Shown one piece after another: positions 10,701 to 19,101 of a DNA stretch of 64,000 nt. The notes under the pieces were generated by a model. That model made no database searches, had not been told where the DNA came from, and saw nothing but the letters and a program-made list of their open reading frames with translations. Every line of letters begins with the position of its first letter. The stretch's first letter is position 1. A program made the position numbers and the translations under genes. Origin of the DNA: Microvirga sp. (GTDB lineage Bacteria; Pseudomonadota; Alphaproteobacteria; Rhizobiales; Beijerinckiaceae); assembly GCA_036263675.1 (NCBI GenBank), contig DATAGO010000053.1, positions 48,902 to 112,901 of the forward strand, written 5' to 3'.

Positions 10701-11154
10701 CCGGCAGGCGGCCGATGCGCTCCTGCAGGTCCGGAAAGGCGGCCGCGACGACGCCGAGCGCGGCGGCCAGTCCCGTGGGCGGTGCCGCGCGGTCGCTCTC
10801 GATGGCGGCCAGCACGGTCTCGACCCGCGGACGCGTCTCGCCCGCCGCAACCACCCCGAGTTGGACCGCCCCCGCGAGCGCGGTCAGGAGCGCCGCCCGC
10901 GCCTCCGGCGCGGCCGGGGCGGCGGTGTAGGCCTCCTCGGCCCGGCGCAGGGCCGCGCGGGCGCGATCGGCCACGGGCTCGGGCACCGCCGCCGGAGCGG
11001 GACGGGACCCGACCAGGGCCGCGTCGATGCGGCCGCGGATGCGCTCCTCCGTGTCGAGCGCCTCGAGGTAGATGATCACGCCCGTCGAGATCGCCAGCGC
11101 CAGGATGAAGACGATCTGGCCGCGCGCCTCGAGCAGGCCCTCTCTGAAGATCAA
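10693..11154 (-). CDS. hypothetical membrane-anchored protein
   Basis: 153 aa with strong GC3 bias. One N-terminal TM helix (IVFILALAISTGVIIYL) is followed by an Ala-rich helical region. I recognise no family. Confidence 0.5.
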   Translation of the reverse strand: MIFREGLLEARGQIVFILALAISTGVIIYLEALDTEERIRGRIDAALVGSRPAPAAVPEPVADRARAALRRAEEAYTAAPAAPEARAALLTALAGAVQLGVVAAGETRPRVETVLAAIESDRAAPPTGLAAALGVVAAAFPDLQERIGRLPGS

Positions 11155-11374
11155 CGGATTCTCCCTGGAACGGGCGCCGGATCGGGATCCGTCCGGAGCG
11201 CGACGCCGACGTCGCCCTCCTCGCCTCGGCGGCCCGAGGCTAGCGAATGGGCAACAATGGCCGAAAACTTACGTCAGCCGGTCGCCGTGGCAACCCTGGG
11301 CGGCTTCCGTCGCGGCATATCGGGCTGTTAGCGTCGGGATTCTCGCCTCCGCTCCAGATTCGAGACGCGTCACG

Positions 11375-14300
11375 ATGGATTTCAAACGGCCTGCCTTCGG
11401 CCGTCGGCTCGCCGGCTTGCTGCTGCCCCTCGCTCTCAATCTGGTGCCGCTCGCCGCCGCGGCACAATCCGTGGACGAAACCGTTTCTCAGGCGCGCGCG
11501 GCCGCCAACGCCAGCAACAATCAGGAGGCGGTGCGCCTGTTCGAGCAGGCGATCCGCGCCGCGCCCGAGCGCCGGGGCGAGTTCCTGCTGGAGCTCGCCG
11601 ATCAGCTCAGCTTTGCGGGCCGGCCCGGCGAGGCGGTGCCCCTCTATCGCGAGCGCCTCTCCGATGCCGCCTTGCCCGCGGACGCGCGCCGGCGCGCGGA
11701 GCGGGGCCTCGCCTTCGCGCTGCTCTGGAGCAGCCAGTTCGAGGACGCGATACCGGCCTGGCAGGCGATCGCGCAGAGCGCGCCCGGCGATGCGGAAGCC
11801 CGCAAGGCGCTCGTCGATGCGACGGTCGGGGCGGCGCGGGCTGCCGCGAGCCGTGGCGCCAACCGGGAGGCTGCGGGCTTTTTCGAGCGCGCCCTCGGCC
11901 TCGATCCCGCACGCCAGCTCGAGCTCGGCCGCGAATATGCCGACCAGCTCGCCTTCGCGGGCGAGCCCGCCCGGGCGGTGCCGCTCCATCGCGCGCGCCT
12001 TGCGCGCACGGATCTCGCCCCGGAGGAGCGGCAGCGGACCGAGCGGAGCCTCGCCTTCGCGCTCCTGTGGAGCAGCAGCTTCCAGGATGCCGTCCGCGCG
12101 TGGGAGCCCATCCTGCGCGCCGCCCCGGATGACGAGGAGGCCCGCAAGGCGCTCGCCGACGCCCTCGTCGGCTCCGCGCGCCAGGCGGCCGAGCAGCGCC
12201 GGAACGGCGATGCCGCAGCCCTCTTCCGCCGGGCCATCGAGACGGCGCCGGCCCGCCGCCAGGAACTCCTGCCCGAACTCGCCGACCAGACCGCCTATGC
12301 CGGCCGGCCCGGCGAGGCCGTGCCGCTCTATCAGGAAACCCTGCGCCAGGGCGACCGCTCGCCGGCCCAGAGGGCGCCCATCCAGCGCAACCTCGCCTTC
12401 GCGCTCCTGTGGGCCAGCCGGTTCCAGGAGGCGGTCGGCGCCTGGGACCAGATCTTCCGCGCCAGCCCGCGCGACGAGGAGGCCCGCAAGGCCCTGAGCG
12501 ACGCCCTCGCGGGCCTCGCCCGCCAGACCGCGGAGCGCCGCCGCAACGCCGACGCCGCAACGCTGTTCCGCCGCGCCGTCGAGACCCTGCCGGCCCGCCG
12601 CGGGGAACTTCTGCCCGAGCTGGCCGACCAGACCGCCTATTCCGGACGGCCCGCGGATGCGGTGGCGCTCTACCAGGAGGGCCTGCGGCAGGCGGACCGG
12701 CCCGAGGCGGAGCGGCAGAGGCTCCAGCGGGGCCTGGCCTTCGCCCTGCTGTGGAGCGGCCGCTTCCGCGAGGCGGTGCCGGCGCTCGAGGGCGTCCTCG
12801 CCCGCAGCCCCGGCGACGAGGATGCCAGGAAGGCTCTCGCCGACGCGCGCTCCGGCACGGCCCGTTCGCCCGCCGACCGCTCGGAGCCTCAGGGCGCGGA
12901 GCCGCCTCGCGGCGCTTCGCCCGAGGCGGCTCCGGCCGCGGCCGCGCCCCCGGCTGCCCCTGCTCCGGCCGCGCCTGCGAGCCCGGCCGACCGGGCGATC
13001 GCCGAAGCCCGGGCTGCGGCGGGACGGGGCGCCAACAAGGAGGCCGCTGCCCTCTTCGCCCGCTCGGCCGAACTCGATCCCGCCAGGCGCCGCGACGTCC
13101 TGCGCGAATGGGCCGATCAGGTCGCGTTCTCGGGCGACCCGGCGCGCGCCGTCCCGCTCTACCGCGAGGCCCTGCGCCGGCCGGACCTCGCGGCCGAGGA
13201 CCGTCAGAAGACCAACCGCGCCCTCTCGTTCGCGCTCCTGTGGAGCAGCCAATGGGACGAGGCCATCGGGGCCTGGACCGAGATCGTGCGCGGCGAGCCG
13301 CGCGATCAGGAGGCCCGCAAGGCGCTCTCCGACGCCCTCGTGGGCGCCGCCCGCGCGGCGGCGGAGCGCAGCCGCAACGGGGACGCCGCCAACCTGTTCC
13401 GCCGGGCGATCGACACCCTCCCCGGCCGACGGCAGGAGCTTCTGCCGGAATTCGCCGACCAGCTCGCCTTTTCGGGCCAGCCCCGCGCCGCCGTGGTGCT
13501 CTATCGCGAGGGCCTGAGGGTCGGAAACCGGTCGCCGGCCGAGCGCCTGCGCCTGCGGCGCGGTCTCGCCTTCGCGCTCCTGTGGAGCAACCAGTGGAGC
13601 GAGGCGATCGAAGCCTGGCGCGCGCTCGTGCGCGAGAACCCGCGCGACCAGGAGGCCCGCAAGGCCTATGCCGACGCCCTCGTGGGCGGCGCCCGGGAGG
13701 CCGCGGGCGAGAGCCGCAACGCCCAGTCCGCCGCGCTCTTCGCGCGGGCCATCGCGGTGGCGCCCGAGCGCCGCCGCGAGCTGCTGCGCGAATACGCCGA
13801 CCAGGTGCTCTATTCCGGCCAGCCGCTCGCCGCGATCCCGCTCTACCAGGAGGTTCTGCAGCGCGGCGACCTGACCGCGCAGGAGCTCCGCCATGCCCGG
13901 ATCGGCTTGGCCCGCGCCTATTCCTGGAGCAACCAGCCCGATCTCGGCCTGCCCTACTACACGGCGATCCTGCGGGCGGACCCGGCCGATTTCGAGGCGC
14001 TCGTCGGACGGGGCCAGGCCCTGAACGCGGTCGCGGCGCATCGGGCCGCGCTCGCCGATTTCGAAGCCGCGCTGGCGCTGAGGCCAGGCAATGCCGACGC
14101 GCTCCGCGGCGCCGGACGGGCGGAGACGTCGCTCGGCCTGCACCGGGTCGCGATCGGGCGCGTCGCGCCGCTCGTCGCCGGGGGAGACCGGAACCCCGAG
14201 ACCCTGCGCATCGTGGCGGACGCCCGCCGCGCCATGGGCCGCCCGGACCTCGCCGAGGACGCCGCGCTCGCGATCCTCGGCATCAAGCCCGACGACGAGG

Positions 14301-16168
14301 GGGCGCAGCGCCTCCTCGCGGACCTGCATCGCGAGCGGCGGCCCCTCGCCCAGGTCGAAGCCCAGCAGATCCGCCGCTCGGACGACCTGCGGATCAACGG
14401 CGTCCTCGCATTCTCGGAATTCACCTTCGACCGCGGCCTCGTGAAGCTCGCGCCGCAATTCCGGCACCTGAGCCACCGCGGCGGCTATTTTCCGGACGTG
14501 GACGTCTACAGCTTCGGCCTGCGCGGGCGTCAGCGCTTCAACGACTGGCTCGAGGTCAAGACGGACTTCTTCGTCAACTCGGAGGAGGAGCCGGCCGACA
14601 AGGACGTGTCCTTCACCCACGACACGACGCTGAGCTTCATCCCGAGCGACGTATGGCGGCTCAACCTCCAGGCCGCGCGGCGCTATCCCGACGAGAACCC
14701 GATCTCGATCGTCAACGACGTGTTCCAGAACGACTTCGGCGGCTCGGTCGAGTTCACGCCGAGCTACGACCTGAAGGTGACGGGCCGCGGCCTCTTCAGC
14801 ACCTATACGGACGGGAACGAGCGCGCCTGGGGCCAGCTCGAGATGGCGCGCCGCGTGGCGATCAAGCCCGACATCCTGCTCGGCGCGCGCCTCACGGCCT
14901 TCGACTTCGAGAAGGTGTTCGACAACGGCTACTGGAACCCGGATCGCTACCAGTCCGCCGAGGCGACGTTCCAGTCGTACGGCCAGATCACCGACAGGCT
15001 CTCCTACGACGTGCAGCTCGCCGGCGGCTGGGCCTGGACCCAGCCCGGCACGGACGGGGCGGTCTATGCCGGCACCGCGCGCCTGAACTACCAGTTCCAC
15101 CCCGACGCCACGGTCTCGCTCTTCGCCAACCACCTCACGTCGCATGTGCGCTCCGGCGAGACCGGCGGCGTGGCGGACGAGGGCAACGACCGGCCCTTCC
15201 GGCGCAACGTGCTCGGGGCCCAGCTCCAGGTTCGCCTCGGCACGCCCGCCGGCGTCTTCGCGCCGGATCCGAAGCCCGCGGCGGCCCCCGCGGCTCTCCC
15301 GGTCTTCACCTGGACGGGCTTCTACACCGGGGTGAACTTCGGCTGGGGGTTCGACGAGGACGAGGTCCGCCGCGGGCGCCTCGAGACGGCGCGGCCGGGC
15401 GGGGGCGCCTTCGGGGTCCGGCCGGCGGTCCCCGGCACCACGTTCTTCACGCCCGCCAGGATCAACAACGACGACAGCGGCCTCACCGGCGGCATCCAGG
15501 CCGGGTACAGCGTCCAGCACGGGCGGTTCGTGGCCGGGATCGAGGCGGACCTCCAGGCGATCGACCTGGGCGACGTGCCGGGCCGCAGGCTCCCTGGCGG
15601 CTCGTTCTTTGCCGCGCCGCGGGTCAGGGCCGGCAACCCGACCGTCGGGATCCAGCCGCCGATCTTCGGCGACCCCAACGTGTTCTTCCGCAGCAACAAT
15701 CCCCTCAACGACGAGCACGAGATCGACGCCTTCGCGACGCTGCGGGGCCGCCTCGGCATCGCCTTCGACCGGACGCTCGTCTACGCCACCGGCGGCCTCG
15801 CCTGGAAGACCGACGGATCGGACGACGCCGGCCGCGCGGGCCGGCCCGTCGCCGGCTTCTACTCGCCGCTCGCGCCGGGCGCCGCGGCGCGCGGCCGGCA
15901 GGTCCTGAGCCGCGCCGGGACCGGATCCGACGACGAGGTCTTCGGCTTCGCGGCGGGCGGCGGCATCGAATACGCCTTCACGAACACGATCATCGGCCGT
16001 CTCGAGGGCCTCTATGCCGCGTTCGCCGACGAGGGCGGCGGGCGGGGCGAGCGGATCGTGGGCGTGACCAACACCGGGCGTGCCGTCACCTATTCCGCGC
16101 GGGTCGACGAATCCATCCGGTTCGGCCTCATCCGGGGCGGTCTCAACTTCCGCTTCGACACCCGCTAG
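11375..16168 (+). CDS. giant outer-membrane protein: signal peptide, about 7 long TPR-like repeats, a PgaA/BcsC-style beta-barrel, then a C-terminal Omp25/RopB-type (OMP_b-brl) beta-barrel
   Basis: Start at ATG 11375 (MDFKRPAFGRRLAGLLLPLALNLVPLAAAAQS). The signature (R)xLAFALLWSxxF/W recurs six times, with one degenerate copy (GLARAYSWSNQ), and EARKAL recurs at about 113-aa spacing. A Pro/Ala linker lies at about 12866-13000. Amphipathic strands run from about 14350. The second linker is GTPAGVFAPDPKPAAAPAALP. The last domain runs from VFTWTGFYTGVNFGWGF to IRGGLNFRF. Confidence 0.8.
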   Translation: MDFKRPAFGRRLAGLLLPLALNLVPLAAAAQSVDETVSQARAAANASNNQEAVRLFEQAIRAAPERRGEFLLELADQLSFAGRPGEAVPLYRERLSDAALPADARRRAERGLAFALLWSSQFEDAIPAWQAIAQSAPGDAEARKALVDATVGAARAAASRGANREAAGFFERALGLDPARQLELGREYADQLAFAGEPARAVPLHRARLARTDLAPEERQRTERSLAFALLWSSSFQDAVRAWEPILRAAPDDEEARKALADALVGSARQAAEQRRNGDAAALFRRAIETAPARRQELLPELADQTAYAGRPGEAVPLYQETLRQGDRSPAQRAPIQRNLAFALLWASRFQEAVGAWDQIFRASPRDEEARKALSDALAGLARQTAERRRNADAATLFRRAVETLPARRGELLPELADQTAYSGRPADAVALYQEGLRQADRPEAERQRLQRGLAFALLWSGRFREAVPALEGVLARSPGDEDARKALADARSGTARSPADRSEPQGAEPPRGASPEAAPAAAAPPAAPAPAAPASPADRAIAEARAAAGRGANKEAAALFARSAELDPARRRDVLREWADQVAFSGDPARAVPLYREALRRPDLAAEDRQKTNRALSFALLWSSQWDEAIGAWTEIVRGEPRDQEARKALSDALVGAARAAAERSRNGDAANLFRRAIDTLPGRRQELLPEFADQLAFSGQPRAAVVLYREGLRVGNRSPAERLRLRRGLAFALLWSNQWSEAIEAWRALVRENPRDQEARKAYADALVGGAREAAGESRNAQSAALFARAIAVAPERRRELLREYADQVLYSGQPLAAIPLYQEVLQRGDLTAQELRHARIGLARAYSWSNQPDLGLPYYTAILRADPADFEALVGRGQALNAVAAHRAALADFEAALALRPGNADALRGAGRAETSLGLHRVAIGRVAPLVAGGDRNPETLRIVADARRAMGRPDLAEDAALAILGIKPDDEGAQRLLADLHRERRPLAQVEAQQIRRSDDLRINGVLAFSEFTFDRGLVKLAPQFRHLSHRGGYFPDVDVYSFGLRGRQRFNDWLEVKTDFFVNSEEEPADKDVSFTHDTTLSFIPSDVWRLNLQAARRYPDENPISIVNDVFQNDFGGSVEFTPSYDLKVTGRGLFSTYTDGNERAWGQLEMARRVAIKPDILLGARLTAFDFEKVFDNGYWNPDRYQSAEATFQSYGQITDRLSYDVQLAGGWAWTQPGTDGAVYAGTARLNYQFHPDATVSLFANHLTSHVRSGETGGVADEGNDRPFRRNVLGAQLQVRLGTPAGVFAPDPKPAAAPAALPVFTWTGFYTGVNFGWGFDEDEVRRGRLETARPGGGAFGVRPAVPGTTFFTPARINNDDSGLTGGIQAGYSVQHGRFVAGIEADLQAIDLGDVPGRRLPGGSFFAAPRVRAGNPTVGIQPPIFGDPNVFFRSNNPLNDEHEIDAFATLRGRLGIAFDRTLVYATGGLAWKTDGSDDAGRAGRPVAGFYSPLAPGAAARGRQVLSRAGTGSDDEVFGFAAGGGIEYAFTNTIIGRLEGLYAAFADEGGGRGERIVGVTNTGRAVTYSARVDESIRFGLIRGGLNFRFDTR

Positions 16169-16323
16169 GCCCCGTCCCGCCCGGACGGACCCCGGCCGGG
16201 AGCGATGCGGCCGCGGTCCCGGGGCGGCAGGCCGCTATTTCCAATCCGGTCCCTGTCACATAAGTATCGCCGAAAGCCGCTAGCGCGGCAGGACGTTCGA
16301 AGCCCGGGAGGTTGGTTCTCGCC

Positions 16324-17301
16324 ATGAAGCGCCTGTTCGTCTCCGCATTCCTCGCCCTGCTGCCCGCGGCGGTCTCCGCCCAGGAGGTGTCCGGCAAGCT
16401 CGTTCTCTACACGAGCCAGCCCAACACCGACGCCCAGCAGACCCTCGACGCCTTCAAGGCCAAGCACCCGAAGGTCGACGTCTCCTTCGTGCGCGACGGG
16501 ACCCCCCGCATCCTCGCCAAGCTGCGCGCGGAGTTCGAGGCCGGCCAGCCCCAGGCGGATCTCCTCCTCATCGCCGACAGCGTCACCATGGAGGGCCTGA
16601 AGAAGGAGGGCCGCCTCCTGGCCCATGAGGGCGCGGACGTCTCGGCCTATCCGGCCGGCACGCACGATCCCCAGAAGCACTGGTTCTCGACCAAGCTCAT
16701 CACGACGGGCATCGTCTACAACACCAAGGCCCCGATGAAGCCGGCCTCCTGGACCGACCTCCTCAAGCCGGAGGCCAAGGGTCAGGTCACGATGCCGAGC
16801 CCGCTCAGCTCCGGCGCGGCCCTGATCCACGCGGCGACCCTGACCGGCACCCTGCCGGGCGGCTGGAAGTACTACGAGGGCCTCAAGGACAACGCCGCGA
16901 CCGCGGGCGGCGGCAACGGCGACATCCTGAAGAGCGTCGCGGGCGGCGAGAAGCTCTACGGCGTCATCGTCGACTTCATGCCGATCCGCGAGAAGGCGAA
17001 GGGCGCTCCCGTGGAGTTCGTGTTCCCGAAGGAGGGCGTCTCCGCCGTGACCGAGCCGGTCGCGATCCTGAAAGCCACCAAGAACCCCGAAGCCGCCAAG
17101 GCCTTCGTGGACTTCGTGCTCTCAAAGGAGGGCCAGGAGCTCGCGCTCAAGCAGGGCTACATCGCCGCCCACCCGGCCGTCGCCCTCCCCGCAGGCTACC
17201 CCGCCCGGGAGAACATCAAGGTCATGGGCTTCGATGCCGCCAAGGCGCTCGCGGACGAGACCAAGAACAAGACCACCTTCGCCGACATCTTCGGCCAGTA
17301 G
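16324..17301 (+). CDS. ABC transporter periplasmic solute-binding protein, family 1 (Fe3+/thiamine type)
   Basis: Start at ATG 16324 (MKRLFVSAFLALLPAAVSAQE, a signal peptide). KLVLYTSQPNTDAQQTLDAFKAKHPKVDVSFVRDG is typical of FbpA/AfuA-like binding proteins. Confidence 0.8.
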   Translation: MKRLFVSAFLALLPAAVSAQEVSGKLVLYTSQPNTDAQQTLDAFKAKHPKVDVSFVRDGTPRILAKLRAEFEAGQPQADLLLIADSVTMEGLKKEGRLLAHEGADVSAYPAGTHDPQKHWFSTKLITTGIVYNTKAPMKPASWTDLLKPEAKGQVTMPSPLSSGAALIHAATLTGTLPGGWKYYEGLKDNAATAGGGNGDILKSVAGGEKLYGVIVDFMPIREKAKGAPVEFVFPKEGVSAVTEPVAILKATKNPEAAKAFVDFVLSKEGQELALKQGYIAAHPAVALPAGYPARENIKVMGFDAAKALADETKNKTTFADIFGQ

Positions 17302-17314
17302 CCCCCTCGCGCCC

Positions 17315-17344
17315 GGGCCCTCCCGCCGACCCGCGGGAGGGCCC
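17315..17344 (+). promoter_or_regulatory. intercistronic stem-loop between the binding-protein and permease genes
   Basis: Perfect 12-bp stem GGGCCCTCCCGC / GCGGGAGGGCCC with a 6-nt loop, 14 nt after the stop codon and followed by TTGCGC. There is no real U-tract, so it looks more like an mRNA-stabilising or attenuating hairpin than a full terminator. Confidence 0.45.
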
Positions 17345-17361
17345 TTGCGCATCCCAGGCCC

Positions 17362-19068
17362 ATGAGATCCCGCACGGAATCCCTGCTCGAGCGGGGAGGC
17401 GCAGGCCTCCTCGCTTTCGTCGTCCTGGCGGTCCTCGTCTTCGACCTCCTCCCGGCCGGGCGCCTCCTCCTCGCGGCCGTGGCGCCCGGCGGCACCTTCG
17501 CGCCCGAGCGCGCGCTCGAGGTCGTGTCGAGCCGCGGCGCCGTGCGCGCCACGGTCGCGACGCTCGAGACCGCGTTCTGGTCGGGCCTGCTCGCCCTGGG
17601 GCTCGGCACCGTCATGGCGCTGATCCTCGGCACCTCGGACGCGCGCGGACGGCGCCCGGCCTCGTTCCTGTTCGTGCTATCGACGATGATCTCGCCCCAG
17701 GTGGTGGCGCTCGCCTTCCTGACGCTCGCCGGACCCGCCTCGCCGCTCCTGAATTCCTTAGGGCTCGCGCCGCCGCCCGGGAGCGCCAACCCCTTCATGG
17801 GCCGCGGCGGCATCATCCTGGTGCTCGGCCTCCACCACGCGCCGCTCGTCTTCGTGATCGTCACCGCGGGCCTGAAGCGCATCCCGCGCTCGCTCGTCGA
17901 GGCCGCGCGGGTCGACGGCACGCCGCCGCGCCGGATCACCACCGGCATGGTCCTGCCGCTGCTGCGACCGCACCTCGTCTCGGCCGGCCTCCTCGCCTTC
18001 GTGGCGGGCGCGGGCAATTTCGGCATCCCGGCGCTCCTCGGCCTGCCCGTGAACTACCTCACCCTCGCGACCCTGATCTACCGCAGGCTCTCCAGCTTCG
18101 GGCCGCAGGTGATCGGCGACGTCGCGGCGCTCGGCGTTCTGGTCGCGGTGGTCGCGGGCGCCTGCGTGCTCATGAGCGGCCTCGTCCTGCGGCGGGAGGC
18201 GGTGCGCACCGAGGACGAGGCGCCGCTCGAGCCCTACGCGATGCTCGGGCCGCTGCGCGGGGCCGCAACCGTCTTCGTGTGGGCGGTGCTCGGACTCGCG
18301 CTCGCGCTGCCGATGCTCTCGCTCCTGACTGCCGCCCTCGTCCCGTCCTACGGCGTGCCGCTCACCCCCTCGACCGCGACGCTCGCGAACTTCGTCGAGG
18401 TGCTCGTGCGCCAGCAGGTGACCACGCGGGCCTTCACGAATTCGCTGCTCTATGCCGGCGGCTCCGCCCTCGTGCTCGCCGCCTTCACGATCCCCCTCGC
18501 CTACATGCTGGTGCGGCGCGCGGGGCGGAGCGCGCAGGTCATCGCGGCGCTCGTCGAGGTGCCCTACGTCCTGCCCGGCGTCGTGCTCGCCATCGCCTGC
18601 ATCCTGCTCTTCCTGCGGCCCCTTCCTCTCGTCGGGGTGTCGCTCTACGCGACGCCCTGGATCATTGTCTTCGCCTATCTCGCCCGCTTCCTCCCGGTCG
18701 CCCTCAAGCCGACGCTCGCCGCCATGGCGCAGGTGGACGTTGCGCAGGAGGAAGCGGCGGCGCTCGATGGCGCGCGCCTCTGGCGGCGGCTGCGCACCAT
18801 CGTGGCGCCGTCGCTCCTCCCCGCTGCCGTCGCGGGCGGACTCCTCGCCTTTCTGCTGGCGTTCAACGAGCTCACGGTCTCGGCGCTCCTGTGGTCCGCC
18901 GGCACCGAGACGATCGGGGTCGTGCTCTACAGCCTGGAGGAGGCCGGGCTCGCGAGCCCGGCCGCCGCGATCGCGGTCGCGACCGTCGCGGTGATCACGC
19001 TCACGATGCTCGCCCTCGACCTGATGGGCTCGCGCCTGCCGCCGGGAGTGCTGCCCTGGCGGCCCTGA
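17362..19068 (+). CDS. ABC transporter permease, fused two-domain type (FbpB-like)
   Basis: 568 aa with about 12 TM segments. It has two EAA-loop regions, LVEAARVDGTPPRRI and QEEAAALDGARLWRRL. Confidence 0.85.
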   Translation: MRSRTESLLERGGAGLLAFVVLAVLVFDLLPAGRLLLAAVAPGGTFAPERALEVVSSRGAVRATVATLETAFWSGLLALGLGTVMALILGTSDARGRRPASFLFVLSTMISPQVVALAFLTLAGPASPLLNSLGLAPPPGSANPFMGRGGIILVLGLHHAPLVFVIVTAGLKRIPRSLVEAARVDGTPPRRITTGMVLPLLRPHLVSAGLLAFVAGAGNFGIPALLGLPVNYLTLATLIYRRLSSFGPQVIGDVAALGVLVAVVAGACVLMSGLVLRREAVRTEDEAPLEPYAMLGPLRGAATVFVWAVLGLALALPMLSLLTAALVPSYGVPLTPSTATLANFVEVLVRQQVTTRAFTNSLLYAGGSALVLAAFTIPLAYMLVRRAGRSAQVIAALVEVPYVLPGVVLAIACILLFLRPLPLVGVSLYATPWIIVFAYLARFLPVALKPTLAAMAQVDVAQEEAAALDGARLWRRLRTIVAPSLLPAAVAGGLLAFLLAFNELTVSALLWSAGTETIGVVLYSLEEAGLASPAAAIAVATVAVITLTMLALDLMGSRLPPGVLPWRP

Positions 19069-19101
19069 CGGAGGGTGTGCGGCACAGCGGGTCGCATCCC
19101 T

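Noticed and set aside
11167-11193. EcfG-type general-stress promoter candidate (GGAAC-N18-CGTC) upstream of the giant OMP gene
   Set aside because: The spacing is one nt outside the usual 16-17, and the -10 element is CGTC rather than CGTT. It is too weak to call without a transcription start.
11240-15718. 1492-aa minus-strand ORF and several plus-strand alternative-frame ORFs (11247-12497, 12409-16263) across the giant OMP gene
   Set aside because: None has recognisable motifs, and all have Arg/Pro-dominated composition. The 11375-16168 frame alone shows a signal peptide, conserved repeats and barrel motifs.
16169-16323. Looked for a riboswitch (for example TPP) or Fur-box-like element upstream of the Fe3+/thiamine-type binding-protein gene
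   Set aside because: I could find no CUGAGA...ACCUGA TPP core and no AT-rich Fur-type palindrome. Only the 18-mer reported separately stands out.
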